A DNA stretch of 64,000 bases from Nitrospira sp. (GTDB lineage Bacteria; Nitrospirota; Nitrospiria; Nitrospirales; Nitrospiraceae): assembly GCA_047150005.1 (NCBI GenBank), contig AP038806.1:576001-640000 (forward strand). The letters run 5' to 3'. This document shows positions 30,515-40,358 of this stretch, one piece after another; the first letter of the stretch is position 1; each line of letters starts with the position of its first letter. Position numbers and translations under genes: made by a program. A model generated the notes under the pieces. The model searched no databases, had not been told where the DNA came from, and saw only the letters and a program-made list of their open reading frames with translations.

Positions 30515-31120
30515 CTATCTCATCAGAACGTGTTTGAGCATCGCCGAAACTTCGGCGACCCGTCTGCCGAGCAGCCGAGCGTCGGCAAGTTCGGCTTTAT
30601 CAAGTCCCGGGCTGTCGCCTTCTGTAGTAGCCGACGCGCCGAACGCGCCGCCCCCGCTCACGACGATCATTTGATTGCCCAACATTGCGGCAAGAATCGT
30701 GAGCATGGTCACTTCCTTACCGCTGGAAACTTGTCCCCCGGTCGCGAAGGCCGCGCCGACCTTGTTCTTCATTTTGAACTCGGGAAAGACGCCGAACTTG
30801 AACTGCCAGTCGTCAAAAAACGATTTGACCTCTCCCGACATGTTCGACCAATAGACCGGCGACCCGACGACGATCGCGTCCGAAGAAAACAGGTCTTCGG
30901 ACGTCACCTCCCGTACGCGCTTGACGATCACCTGCGTCCCGGGCAGCTCTTTCGCACCGGAGGCCACGGCCTCCGCCATCCGCTCCGTGTGGCCGGACAA
31001 CGAATGATATGTCACCAGGACTTTCACGGCGGGAGAGGATGCCTCTTCTCCTCCAACACTCGCAGACGGGAAGCTGAGAGTCCCTAGAACAACGGCAAGT
31101 AGAACCGACAGCAGTCTCAT
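30515..31120 (-). CDS. WrbA-like flavodoxin / NAD(P)H:quinone oxidoreductase with N-terminal signal peptide
   Basis: YHSLSGHTERMAEAV FMN loop, GSPVYW and KVGAAFATGG motifs. Confidence 0.85.
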   Translation of the reverse strand: MRLLSVLLAVVLGTLSFPSASVGGEEASSPAVKVLVTYHSLSGHTERMAEAVASGAKELPGTQVIVKRVREVTSEDLFSSDAIVVGSPVYWSNMSGEVKSFFDDWQFKFGVFPEFKMKNKVGAAFATGGQVSSGKEVTMLTILAAMLGNQMIVVSGGGAFGASATTEGDSPGLDKAELADARLLGRRVAEVSAMLKHVLMR

Positions 31121-31161
31121 TGGAAGGCTCTGGAATTCAGGGGCGACGGGACAGCGGGCGA

Positions 31162-31347
31162 TCAGTGGCGAATGGTTTCTTCATCCATGTGCTCTTCAAC
31201 CGAGACCTCGGTCAATGTCCCGCGATAGTCGCACTTATGGCAGCGGATCCTCCACTCTTCGATCCATTTTTCCTGGACATACGACTGGCGGCACTTGGGA
31301 CAAACGAAGACCCCTTTCTTGTACAAGACCAGGCGCTTTTCTTTCAT
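31162..31347 (-). CDS. Small zinc-ribbon-like protein
   Basis: 61 aa with CPKC and CHKC. AAGGAG RBS before ATG at 31347. Confidence 0.7.
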   Translation of the reverse strand: MKEKRLVLYKKGVFVCPKCRQSYVQEKWIEEWRIRCHKCDYRGTLTEVSVEEHMDEETIRH

Positions 31348-31461
31348 TGTAGATCTGCTCCTTTGACGGCGAGGATGGCATAGCCCGCGGCTGAATTCAA
31401 GCAGCGAACGGGACACCGCGGTGTATTGACTGCCCTCCTTCACCCCGATAGGATGCCCGCG

Positions 31462-31914
31462 ATGCGGACGAATTGGCTACTCATAGCGCTGTTTGGCTGG
31501 CTTCTTCTCCAACCGGCCACCACAGAAGCGGATGATCACGTGGTCCAGATCCGTCTCCCCAACGGCACGATCATCAACGCAGAAATCGCGGACACTCAAC
31601 GAAAACGCGCGGAAGGTCTTATGTTCCGCGAGCACCTCCCTCGCGATCGAGGGATGCTCTTCACGTTCGAGCAGGCCCAACCTTGGACATTCTGGATGAA
31701 AAACACAAAGATACCTCTCGACATCATCTGGATGAACGAGAAAAAGCAGGTCATCCACATCGCGCCTAGAGTCCCCATCTGCACGAGAACGGACGATGGG
31801 TGTCCCCAGTATCAACCGAACCATCCGGCACTCTATGTGTTGGAACTCGGAAGCGGTGAGGCGGAACGCCTTAAGATCGAGAGAGGAGCCAAACTGCAGT
31901 TTCGGGAACCTTAG
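31462..31914 (+). CDS. DUF192 family exported protein
   Basis: EIADT..RAEGLMFR, GMLF, FWMKNTKIPLDII and YVLEL motifs. Confidence 0.92.
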   Translation: MRTNWLLIALFGWLLLQPATTEADDHVVQIRLPNGTIINAEIADTQRKRAEGLMFREHLPRDRGMLFTFEQAQPWTFWMKNTKIPLDIIWMNEKKQVIHIAPRVPICTRTDDGCPQYQPNHPALYVLELGSGEAERLKIERGAKLQFREP

Positions 31915-31996
31915 GGGACGGTCGCCCTTCCTGCTGGTACCTGTCCGCGTGCTCAAAGACAGAGGGACAGGCACCGGCTACGCCGGAGCCTGTCCC
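31914..31996. repeat. Intergenic composite palindromic (REP-like) element
   Basis: GGGACAGGCACC-GGCTACGCC-GGAGCCTGTCCC at 31964-31996, preceded by a degenerate unit GGGGACGGTCGCCC...GGTACCTGTCC. Lies between convergent genes. Confidence 0.75.
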
Positions 31997-31998
31997 TA

Positions 31999-34167
31999 TC
32001 ATGTTTTTTCTTGCCAGGCACGCACTCGTCTGGCCGTGATCACTCCATCCACTCGTTCGATCGCCTTCAACACTTGATCCAGGTGCTGCGTACCTGACAC
32101 CTCGATGATAAAGTCCAGAAGGGCCTTTCGGTCTTCGCGCGTTGCGATCTCCGCCCTGCTGATGTTGGCACGGCATTCCGCAATGGCCGAGGACACATTG
32201 GCCAGCACCCCTGTCTTGTCCACGGCCATCACCGATACCTTGACGGCGTGCGTACTGGGCGTGGCTGAATCCCATTCGACTTCGACCAATCGCTCCCGGT
32301 CATAATCCAACGCCTCGAGGTTCGGACAATCGATGGCATGGATGGTCAACCCGCGCCCCCGGGTGATGTATCCGAGGATGCGATCTCCCGGCACCGGATT
32401 ACAGCAACGCGACAGTTGCATCAACAGATCTCGAGCCCCTCTGACTTTGACCCCCTTGTCGTCGCTTCTGCCGGACGGCGCCTTTTTTTCGGGCAGTCGC
32501 TCTTCGGTCGGGGTCGAGGCGACCGTCAGTTTACCGATCACCTGTGCCGTCGGAATGTGGCCGAACCCGACCGCCGCCGCCAGATCATCCGTCGTATCGA
32601 ATCCCGCCTGCTGGGCCACATCCAACAACTCAGCCGACTTCAACATCTGGGCGGGGGCCATGCCGTGTCGCCGAAACTCAGATTCCAACAGACGTCGTCC
32701 GATTTCAATGCTGCGTTTCTGCTCCTCATCCTTGATCCAATGTTTGATCTTGGTCTTGGCACGTGACGTACGGACGAATTTCAACCAATCTTTGTGCGGA
32801 GTCTGAGTGGGAGAGGTAAGAATCTCGACTGTGTCTCCGCTCTCCAACTGATGCTTCAAGGGAACGATCTTCCCATTGACCTTGGCGCCGACACAGTGAT
32901 CGCCGACTTCGGTGTGGATCGCAAAGGCAAAGTCCACCGGCGTCGAGCCCTTCGGCAATTCCTTCAGTATTCCCTTGGGCGTGAAGACGTAGACGACGTC
33001 GTGAAAGAGGTCGAGCCTGACGGAATCCATGAACTGACGGTTATCGGTCAGGTCGCGCTGCCACTCTACGAATTGATGCAGCCAGCCGAAGGCCTTGCTG
33101 TCCCTATCCGTAACGCGTCCCTGCTCCTTGTACTTCCAATGAGCCGCGATCCCGTATTCGGCTACTCGGTGCATGTCCTCAGTTCTGATCTGAAATTCAA
33201 CGTGTTCACCCTTCGGGCCGACGACGGTCGTATGCAATGATTGATACAGATTGGACTTGGGAATGGCGATGTAGTCTTTGAAGCGCCCGGGGACCGGACG
33301 CCAGAGAGAATGGATCACGCCCACCAAGGCATAGCAGCTCATTTTGGTGTCGGTCACGATACGCAATGCCGTCAGGTCGTAGACTTCTTCGAACGAGATG
33401 GCCTGCTTGTTCATCTTTTGATAAATCCCAAAGAGATGCTTGGGACGGCCATACACCTGCCCGGACAACCCATTCTCCCGCATCGCGTGATCCACCAACT
33501 CGATGACTTCCTGGATGTACTGCTGCCGATCCTCGTCTCGCTTTGCGACACGCACCCTGAGCATTTCATAGACATCGGGCTTCAGATGCTTCAAGCACAG
33601 GTCTTCCAATTCATTCTTGATCCACCCGATTCCTAAGCGATTGGCGAGCGGCGCGTAGATCTCCAACGTTTCCTGCGCGATGGCCTGCCGTTTGGCGGGG
33701 CTGAGATGCTCCAGCGTGCGCATGTTGTGCAGACGATCGGCGAGCTTGATGAGCACGACGCGGATGTCGTCCGCCATCGAGAGCACCATCTTTCTGAAGT
33801 TCTCCGCTTGCTTTTCCTCGTAGCTTTTGAAGGTGATCTTACCGATCTTGGTGACGCCGTCGACAAGATGCACGACCTCTTTGCCGAACTCCTTTTCAAG
33901 CTCTTCGGGCGTCGCGACGGTGTCCTCCAGGGTATCGTGAAGCAGCCCGGCCACGATGGCCGTCACGTCCGTCTTCAGCGAGGTCAGGACTCCCGCCACA
34001 GCGATGGGATGCTGAAGATAGGGCTCGCCGGACCGTCGGAGTTGGCCTTGGTGCGCGCGAGCCGAAAATTCATACGCCTTCCGCACGACTCCCAAATCTG
34101 CGTCGACATGATAGCTCTTGACTCGGTCGAGCAACTGGTCAAGATCCGTTACAGTTTCATACACCAT
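31999..34167 (-). CDS. spoT: Bifunctional (p)ppGpp synthetase/hydrolase (long RSH)
   Basis: SGEPYLQHP, HD domain (LLHD), KLADRLHN, YQSLHT and EFQIRT motifs, plus TGS, CC and ACT domains. Confidence 0.96.
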   Translation of the reverse strand: MVYETVTDLDQLLDRVKSYHVDADLGVVRKAYEFSARAHQGQLRRSGEPYLQHPIAVAGVLTSLKTDVTAIVAGLLHDTLEDTVATPEELEKEFGKEVVHLVDGVTKIGKITFKSYEEKQAENFRKMVLSMADDIRVVLIKLADRLHNMRTLEHLSPAKRQAIAQETLEIYAPLANRLGIGWIKNELEDLCLKHLKPDVYEMLRVRVAKRDEDRQQYIQEVIELVDHAMRENGLSGQVYGRPKHLFGIYQKMNKQAISFEEVYDLTALRIVTDTKMSCYALVGVIHSLWRPVPGRFKDYIAIPKSNLYQSLHTTVVGPKGEHVEFQIRTEDMHRVAEYGIAAHWKYKEQGRVTDRDSKAFGWLHQFVEWQRDLTDNRQFMDSVRLDLFHDVVYVFTPKGILKELPKGSTPVDFAFAIHTEVGDHCVGAKVNGKIVPLKHQLESGDTVEILTSPTQTPHKDWLKFVRTSRAKTKIKHWIKDEEQKRSIEIGRRLLESEFRRHGMAPAQMLKSAELLDVAQQAGFDTTDDLAAAVGFGHIPTAQVIGKLTVASTPTEERLPEKKAPSGRSDDKGVKVRGARDLLMQLSRCCNPVPGDRILGYITRGRGLTIHAIDCPNLEALDYDRERLVEVEWDSATPSTHAVKVSVMAVDKTGVLANVSSAIAECRANISRAEIATREDRKALLDFIIEVSGTQHLDQVLKAIERVDGVITARRVRAWQEKT

Positions 34168-34171
34168 CGCG

Positions 34172-35875
34172 TTACTCCCGAACACTTGGGCGCAGGTCGC
34201 GAATCCTGAGTTGTATCCGATCGAAGCCGTTCCACCGGTTCATCTCGGGTAGAAAGGCCAAGTCGACCGGGGAGCAGGGCGGAATTCCTCGGTCTTCTAA
34301 TGATCGCATCCCAAACCCAATGCTATCAAATGGCAGGGAGCGCCCCTGTCGCACCGTCATTTTCAGATGCCGTTCCCCCACGGTACGAGCCTCCACGATC
34401 TCGAGGCCTTTCACCGCAAAGGTCGGCTCTGGGTTACCGGCACCGAACGGATGCAACGCGCGGATCTCTTCGATCAATTTGGTCGTCACATCGGACAGTT
34501 TCAATTCCGCGTCCACATGCAGGGTCGGAACCCCCGCATGACTGTTCGCCCAATCTCCCGCAATCGCCGCAAACCGGTCGCGAAACTCGGCAATGTGAGC
34601 CTCGCGCACCGTGACACCTGCCGCGCTCGGATGTCCGCCGAATGCTTCCAGAAGATCACGGCACGCCGCCAAGCTCCGATAGAGGTCGAAGTTCCCGATC
34701 GTCCGTGCCGAGCCCTTCCCCAAACCATGGTCATCGATGGCGATGACCACCGCAGGACGCTGATACCGATCAACCAACCTTGCTGCAACGATACCGACTA
34801 CTCCCACATGCCAGCGTCGCGACGCGAGTACCAACGTGGCCGGCAATTCCGGTTCCAGCATCTTGACCATCGCAAGGGCTTCCGCGAGGACCTCGGCCTC
34901 AATTGATTGCCGTTCACGGTTGAGCTGCTCGAGCTGATCGGCGAGTCGGCGCGCCTCCGAGGGCGACTCGGTGGTCAGAAGTTCCACCCCGAGCAACGCA
35001 TGATCCAATCGGCCGGCGGCATTGAGCCTGGGAGCCAACTTGAAGGCAATGGTTTCGGCAGTACAATCTTTCGTCACGCCGGCCACCTGCTTCAGCGCAC
35101 GTATCCCGCAGCGAGCCCCGCGCGACAGCTGAGCCAGCCCAGCTCGGACAAATCCTTTGTTTTCATTCTGCAGCGGGACCACGTCTGCAATCGTGGCGAG
35201 TGCGACCAAGTCCAACAGGGATTCCAACGGCATCCCGGCGTCCCCATAGCGCGATTGGTATGCCTCGATCACCTTGTAGGCCAAGGCAGCCGAGCAGAGA
35301 CCACGGAACGGATATCGGGCGTCCGCCCGATGCGGATTCAGGACCGCCACGGCCGGTGGCATCCGCTCATCCGTCTGGTGATGGTCGGTCACAATGACGT
35401 CCAGTCCCAGTTCCATCGCCAATGCCAACTCACGATGAGCGGTGGTGCCACAATCCGATGTGACGAGTAGCGAGATCCCTTCGGCCCGCAACCGCCGCAC
35501 AGCTTCCGCATGGAGCCCATATCCTTCACGCTGGCGATGGGGCACGTAGGCGCGAACCCGGGCCCCCAAAGCGGCGAAGAACGAAAGATACAGACTCGTG
35601 GCGGTCATCCCGTCCACATCGTAGTCCCCATAAAAGCAGATGTGTTCGTTGTCGACCACGGCTCGCCGCAGACGCTCGACGGCCGGCTCCATGTCCGGGA
35701 TGAGATACGGATCGTGGGAAAGCTGATGGCACATCCAGGAGGCGGCTTCGTCAGGCGTCGTCACGCCCCTCGCAACGAGCAGCGAGGCCGTCGCGGACGA
35801 TATCGACAGGGCCTGTTCCAGAACATCACGATGAACGGGATTGATGTCGCGGAAAACCCAGAGCTTGGACTTCAT
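34172..35875 (-). CDS. recJ: Single-stranded-DNA exonuclease RecJ
   Basis: GDYDVDG, DCG, TDHH, TIADVVPL, PRLNAAGRL, GSART and GGH motifs. Confidence 0.97.
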   Translation of the reverse strand: MKSKLWVFRDINPVHRDVLEQALSISSATASLLVARGVTTPDEAASWMCHQLSHDPYLIPDMEPAVERLRRAVVDNEHICFYGDYDVDGMTATSLYLSFFAALGARVRAYVPHRQREGYGLHAEAVRRLRAEGISLLVTSDCGTTAHRELALAMELGLDVIVTDHHQTDERMPPAVAVLNPHRADARYPFRGLCSAALAYKVIEAYQSRYGDAGMPLESLLDLVALATIADVVPLQNENKGFVRAGLAQLSRGARCGIRALKQVAGVTKDCTAETIAFKLAPRLNAAGRLDHALLGVELLTTESPSEARRLADQLEQLNRERQSIEAEVLAEALAMVKMLEPELPATLVLASRRWHVGVVGIVAARLVDRYQRPAVVIAIDDHGLGKGSARTIGNFDLYRSLAACRDLLEAFGGHPSAAGVTVREAHIAEFRDRFAAIAGDWANSHAGVPTLHVDAELKLSDVTTKLIEEIRALHPFGAGNPEPTFAVKGLEIVEARTVGERHLKMTVRQGRSLPFDSIGFGMRSLEDRGIPPCSPVDLAFLPEMNRWNGFDRIQLRIRDLRPSVRE

Positions 35876-35933
35876 ACCACCCTCGAGTAGGAGCCCGAGC
35901 CGATAGAGACGTAACTAGACGGATTTTAAGCGG

Positions 35934-35962
35934 ATAGTATAAGGTCATCCTCGCTTTGTCAA
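35934..35962 (-). promoter_or_regulatory. Putative sigma70 promoter for recJ-spoT (TTGACA-17-TACTAT)
   Basis: Consensus -35 and plausible -10 upstream of recJ. Confidence 0.5.
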
Positions 35963-36056
35963 ACCGCGTAGGAGAGTACGAAACCGCTGTTGTGTCAGGT
36001 ATGGGAAATCTGGAAGAGCAAGGAAGGCGGAGGGGATAGGTCGATCGAAACGACTC

Positions 36057-36254
36057 TCACTCCCCCCCTTTTTGCACGTAGTTCTTCACGAATTCTTCCG
36101 CGTTTTTCTCAAGGACGTCGTCGATCTCGTCGACCAACTTATCGATGTCTTCCTTGAGTTTCTTTCCAGCCTCGACGACTTTCGGGTTGGCTTTGACCTC
36201 TTCCTTCGCCTGCGGGTCTCTTCGCTGCTCTTGTTTACGCTCTTGCTTCTCCAT
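36057..36254 (-). CDS. pup: Prokaryotic ubiquitin-like protein Pup (C-terminal GGE)
   Basis: DKLVDEIDDVLEKNAEEFVKNYVQKGGE matches the Pup C-terminal consensus. GGAGG RBS. Confidence 0.9.
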   Translation of the reverse strand: MEKQERKQEQRRDPQAKEEVKANPKVVEAGKKLKEDIDKLVDEIDDVLEKNAEEFVKNYVQKGGE

Positions 36255-36351
36255 GCGAGCACCTCCCGTACAGCTGGGGCCGTCTCGTGGATCCGTGTCT
36301 GGTCCGTACGTTCACCTTACTCCAGGCGATTTGAGCGCGTCAAGCCGACTG

Positions 36352-36383
36352 CAAAAACGCGAAAGGCTCGCACGAGGCTTCGC
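36352..36383 (-). terminator. Probable terminator after hppA
   Basis: Imperfect GCGAA..CTCG/CGAG..TTCGC stem followed by GTTTTT on the minus strand. Confidence 0.4.
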
Positions 36384-36415
36384 ACAGGTTCACCTCCAGA
36401 GAGGAGCCGCATGGA

Positions 36416-38473
36416 TTACCGGACGATCAACGAAACAATGAGTAACGCCACGATGTTGATGACCTTGATCATCGGATTGACCGCTGGTCCTGCCGTGTCC
36501 TTGTAGGGATCCCCGACCGTGTCGCCCGTGACCGCGGCTTTGTGTGTTTCGGTTCCCTTCTTACCCTGCTCTTCGATGTACTTTTTCGCGTTGTCCCAGG
36601 CTCCCCCTCCGCTGGTCATGGAAATCGCCACGAACAGTCCCGTGACGATGCTGCCAACGAGCATGCCCCCCAGTGCCTGAGGGCCGAGGACAACACCGAC
36701 GACGATGGGGGAAAGAACTGGAATCAATCCGGGGATCATCATTTTCTGGATGGCCGCCTGCGTGACGATGTCCACACACGTTCCGTACTCGGGTTTGCCC
36801 GTGCCTTCCATGATTCCTTTGATGGTTCGAAACTGTCTGCGCACTTCTTCAACGATCAAACCGCCGGCTTCGCCGACCGCTTTCATACACAGGGCCCCGA
36901 ACAAGAACGGCAGCATCCCACCCAAGAACAGCCCGACCAGCACTTTCGGATCGGACAAATCAAAAGCCGCCAAGGACGGATTGTTCGCGGCCACTTCCCG
37001 CGCGTATTCCGCAAAGAGCACGACGGCCGCGAGACCGGCCGATCCGATCGCATACCCCTTTGTAACAGCCTTGGTGGTGTTGCCGACCGCATCCAACGGA
37101 TCGGTGATATCCCGCACCGCTTTCCCAAGATGGGACATTTCCGCGATGCCGCCCGCATTGTCGGTGATGGGTCCGAACGCATCGATCGCCACCACGATTC
37201 CGGCCATCGATAACATCGAAACCGCCGCAACTGCCACGCCATAGAGACCGCCGGAAGCCGCGCCGCCGCAGACCCAATAGCTAGCAAGTATCGCAGCTGC
37301 GATCATGACGACTGGAGCCGCCGTCGACTGCATCCCGACGGCCAGACCGGCGATGATGTTGGTGGCATGCCCCGTTTCGCTGGCTTTCGCGATGTACTTG
37401 ACCGGCGCATAACTCTTAGACGTGTAGTAGTCGGTGATGAACACCAACGCTAGGGTCACGATCAAGCCCATCAAGGCTGCGATGTAATAATTGACGGCGC
37501 CGACTCCACCCACACCGTCCATGATGCTCGAGGTAATCGGGAAAAATGCCACGGCGGCGATGCCGCCCGCGACGAAAAGGCCTTTGTAAAGAGCCGGCAT
37601 GATCTCTCCGCTCGGCCCTACTCGCACGAAGAAAATGCCGATGATCGTCGCAAAGACTGTGATGCCTCCGAGAGCCAGCGGATAGAGAATCGGAGCGCTC
37701 TGTCCCTTGAACAGCGTGAATGCCAGGACCATCGCGGCCACCGTCGTGACCGCGTACGTTTCAAACAGATCCGCCGCCATCCCGGCGCAATCCCCCACGT
37801 TGTCGCCCACGTTGTCTGCAATGACCGCCGGGTTCCGCGGGTCGTCTTCCGGAATCCCCGCTTCTACCTTCCCTACAAGGTCGGCTCCCACATCCGCGGC
37901 TTTCGTATAGATACCTCCGCCGACGCGGGCGAAGACCGAGATCAGGCTGCCTCCGAAACCAAGGCTGAGGAGCGCGTGAATCGCCTTTTCCTGTCCAGCG
38001 ATGGATTGGGCGATGGTATAGAAGCCCGTGATCGCCAGCAGCCCCAATCCGATCAACAAGAGACCGGTAACGGCCCCCCCGCGAAACGCGACGGTCAAGG
38101 CCGCGTTCATCCCGTCGTGTGCGGCTTGCGCGGTACGTACGTTTGCCCGAACGGCGATGATCATGCCCACATAGCCGGCCAACGCCGAGGCGCTGGCTCC
38201 GACTAGAAATCCCATGGCGGTCAACAGACCGAATTTGTCGGAGACCGCTCCCGCCCCGGCCAGTACAACGAACAGTACGGCCGCTACGACGGCGACGGTT
38301 CGATACTGCCGGTTCATATACGCGCTGGCGCCTTCCTGAATGGCTTTGGCGATTTCCTGCATCTTTGCGTTGCCGGCGTTCAGTTTGAAGACCCACATCG
38401 CAAGATACAAGCCATAGGCGATGCCGGCCACCGCCGCAACCAACGCAAACGTGACAATCGCTGAATCGTTCAC
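36416..38473 (-). CDS. hppA: Membrane-bound H+-translocating pyrophosphatase, K+-independent type
   Basis: [34 protein letters not shown] (Lys determinant) and [10 protein letters not shown] motifs. Confidence 0.96.
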   Translation of the reverse strand: MNDSAIVTFALVAAVAGIAYGLYLAMWVFKLNAGNAKMQEIAKAIQEGASAYMNRQYRTVAVVAAVLFVVLAGAGAVSDKFGLLTAMGFLVGASASALAGYVGMIIAVRANVRTAQAAHDGMNAALTVAFRGGAVTGLLLIGLGLLAITGFYTIAQSIAGQEKAIHALLSLGFGGSLISVFARVGGGIYTKAADVGADLVGKVEAGIPEDDPRNPAVIADNVGDNVGDCAGMAADLFETYAVTTVAAMVLAFTLFKGQSAPILYPLALGGITVFATIIGIFFVRVGPSGEIMPALYKGLFVAGGIAAVAFFPITSSIMDGVGGVGAVNYYIAALMGLIVTLALVFITDYYTSKSYAPVKYIAKASETGHATNIIAGLAVGMQSTAAPVVMIAAAILASYWVCGGAASGGLYGVAVAAVSMLSMAGIVVAIDAFGPITDNAGGIAEMSHLGKAVRDITDPLDAVGNTTKAVTKGYAIGSAGLAAVVLFAEYAREVAANNPSLAAFDLSDPKVLVGLFLGGMLPFLFGALCMKAVGEAGGLIVEEVRRQFRTIKGIMEGTGKPEYGTCVDIVTQAAIQKMMIPGLIPVLSPIVVGVVLGPQALGGMLVGSIVTGLFVAISMTSGGGAWDNAKKYIEEQGKKGTETHKAAVTGDTVGDPYKDTAGPAVNPMIKVINIVALLIVSLIVR

Positions 38474-38699
38474 GGGATGCCTCCTGGTAGTTAAACGACG
38501 CTCTTATGTCACACGGTGACCCCTGGCTTCAACCCAACGAAAGTACGGAAATCAGAAGGGGAAACCGCGGAGTGGTGTAGGTACGTCGTTAGCGAAGCTG
38601 CGAGTCTGAAAAGTCGCGCCATTCTATAGACACGCAGCAGAAGGATCAAGAGGAAAGGAGGAAGCCGCCGGCTGGGCAATGGGTCGGCCGTGTGATGGA

Positions 38700-39211
38700 T
38701 ACCCTCAAGAATTCACGTACTCCTACCGGACCCATAACGTAGATACGGCTTCACAGACTTGGTCCGGATACACTCTCTGCCGGGGACCGGACGGCCTTTC
38801 ATGAGACCGCCGAGCAGCACCTATCGAACGACGTCTCATTCGACATTCGCCCGGGGCGCCTCGGCGGCGAGTGGCCGTTGCAGGGAGAGTTCCGATTGCG
38901 TAGTTTCAACGCCATGTTGAATTTCCTCGAGGTGTCGGTCGAGGAGGAATTGGAATACCACGTCGGCAAGGATCCGCGCACCCCCGAGGTGCGCGGAGAA
39001 TCCAGTCAGAACCTTGGACCTGCTCGTCCAAGAGGCTTCGCCCCAAGACACCGACCTGAGCGTCTATTCACATGGATGGCACTACGCCGTCAACGCAGCA
39101 GGCCCTCAAGGCAGGTGGAACCGAGAAGCCGTCAAGCTGCTGTTTCAGCTGTTCCGGATGACGGCAACCGAAATCCCGCGCAGAGATCCTCCCATCACCA
39201 TCGCCAAGTAG
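38700..39211 (+). pseudogene. Degraded, frameshifted gene remnant (C-terminal part only)
   Basis: A protein-like frame (PDTLSAG...NDVSFDIRPG...FRLRSF...EYHVGKDPRTP) continues in another frame after ~39000 (NPVRTLDLLV...RWNREAVKLLFQLF...ITIAK*). An in-frame TAG lies upstream at 38740, and no good start is evident. Confidence 0.6.
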
Positions 39212-39368
39212 ACGCGGTTCCGGGATACGCCCTGCCTCTCCAACGATAATCCTGACTCCCGGTGGGCTGTGGCGGGCAACGTCTCCAGCGCAAGGAGACG
39301 ACGACAATGTCGAACCAGATGCCGGGCTCGAAGAGATCTTGTACAGAGTTCCTGAAAGGATGAGACGG

Positions 39369-40358
39369 TCATGGCATCGCTGCTGCGCGAGAAAACATCC
39401 GCTTGGGTACATCGAATGCGAAGCGCAGTTGAACGGCCCAATATTCCTGGATCAGCGTGCCCGGTGTGTCCAACGGAAGATCCTGTTCGCGATAGACGCT
39501 GAGTTCGTAGTCATCCTTGAAACGAAACGCCAAACCGACGATCCAATCCAACTCTGTGGGCCTGAGCTTGTTGCTCAATTCGCGGTCGGTGAAGAAGTTC
39601 GTGTCGCCATAAAGAACGACTTTGTTCTTGTACAAATCCAAGTCGACATGGGCTACATACCGAAAAAGCGCCCGCCCGGTATTGTCGGGCCGGGCGAAGT
39701 AGTTGATATTGTGAAACAGCCAACCAAACCCCATATATGCGTTCAAATTCTGGTTCGGGAATTGGTGCCGCCACCAGGAGAAATCGTCGACGGCATGAAG
39801 ATTACCGGTTGCCAACACATCGGCATAGATCTGCTTGAGTCCGCTCCGGTCCAGTGGAGCATCACGCTCATACTGGATGCGCCAGCCCCACCGATCAATG
39901 AGGCCGGTCAGGGCATAAGTCATATCCCATTCGCTGAGCTCGATCCACCCATTCTTGCGATCAGAAAAGAAATTCTGATCCGTATAGAAGGTCAGGTATT
40001 GTTTGTAGAGGTCCATCTCAAGATGGGCCATGTAGCGCATCCCAACGAGACCGGTATTGTCCGGACGAGCGGCAAAAGTTGGGTTCACGACAAAAGGGGC
40101 GACCAGAAGGTATCCACCGAATAAGGTCTCTTCGGCCGCTCGAACCTCATTGCCTGCCTCGCCTTGTTCCTCCATGGAAGGCAGGGGACGACCGTATTTC
40201 TCCAAAGCCTGAACGGAACCAGCGCACGGCATCTCGGCAAGCAGCATCAACAGGGAAAAACGCAACAGCAGGCCGCGGTGCGGGATTGTTCCGGAACGGG
40301 CGACACGTGCCCGTAGATCGAATTGTAGTGAATCGAGTATGTGAATCGAGTGCGTCAT
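39369..40358 (-). CDS. Exported/outer-membrane protein made of two homologous halves
   Basis: Signal-like segment, aromatic beta-rich sequence and a repeated ARPDNTG...RY.AH...DLYK...NFF.DR motif. Start uncertain. Confidence 0.7.
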   Translation of the reverse strand: MTHSIHILDSLQFDLRARVARSGTIPHRGLLLRFSLLMLLAEMPCAGSVQALEKYGRPLPSMEEQGEAGNEVRAAEETLFGGYLLVAPFVVNPTFAARPDNTGLVGMRYMAHLEMDLYKQYLTFYTDQNFFSDRKNGWIELSEWDMTYALTGLIDRWGWRIQYERDAPLDRSGLKQIYADVLATGNLHAVDDFSWWRHQFPNQNLNAYMGFGWLFHNINYFARPDNTGRALFRYVAHVDLDLYKNKVVLYGDTNFFTDRELSNKLRPTELDWIVGLAFRFKDDYELSVYREQDLPLDTPGTLIQEYWAVQLRFAFDVPKRMFSRAAAMP

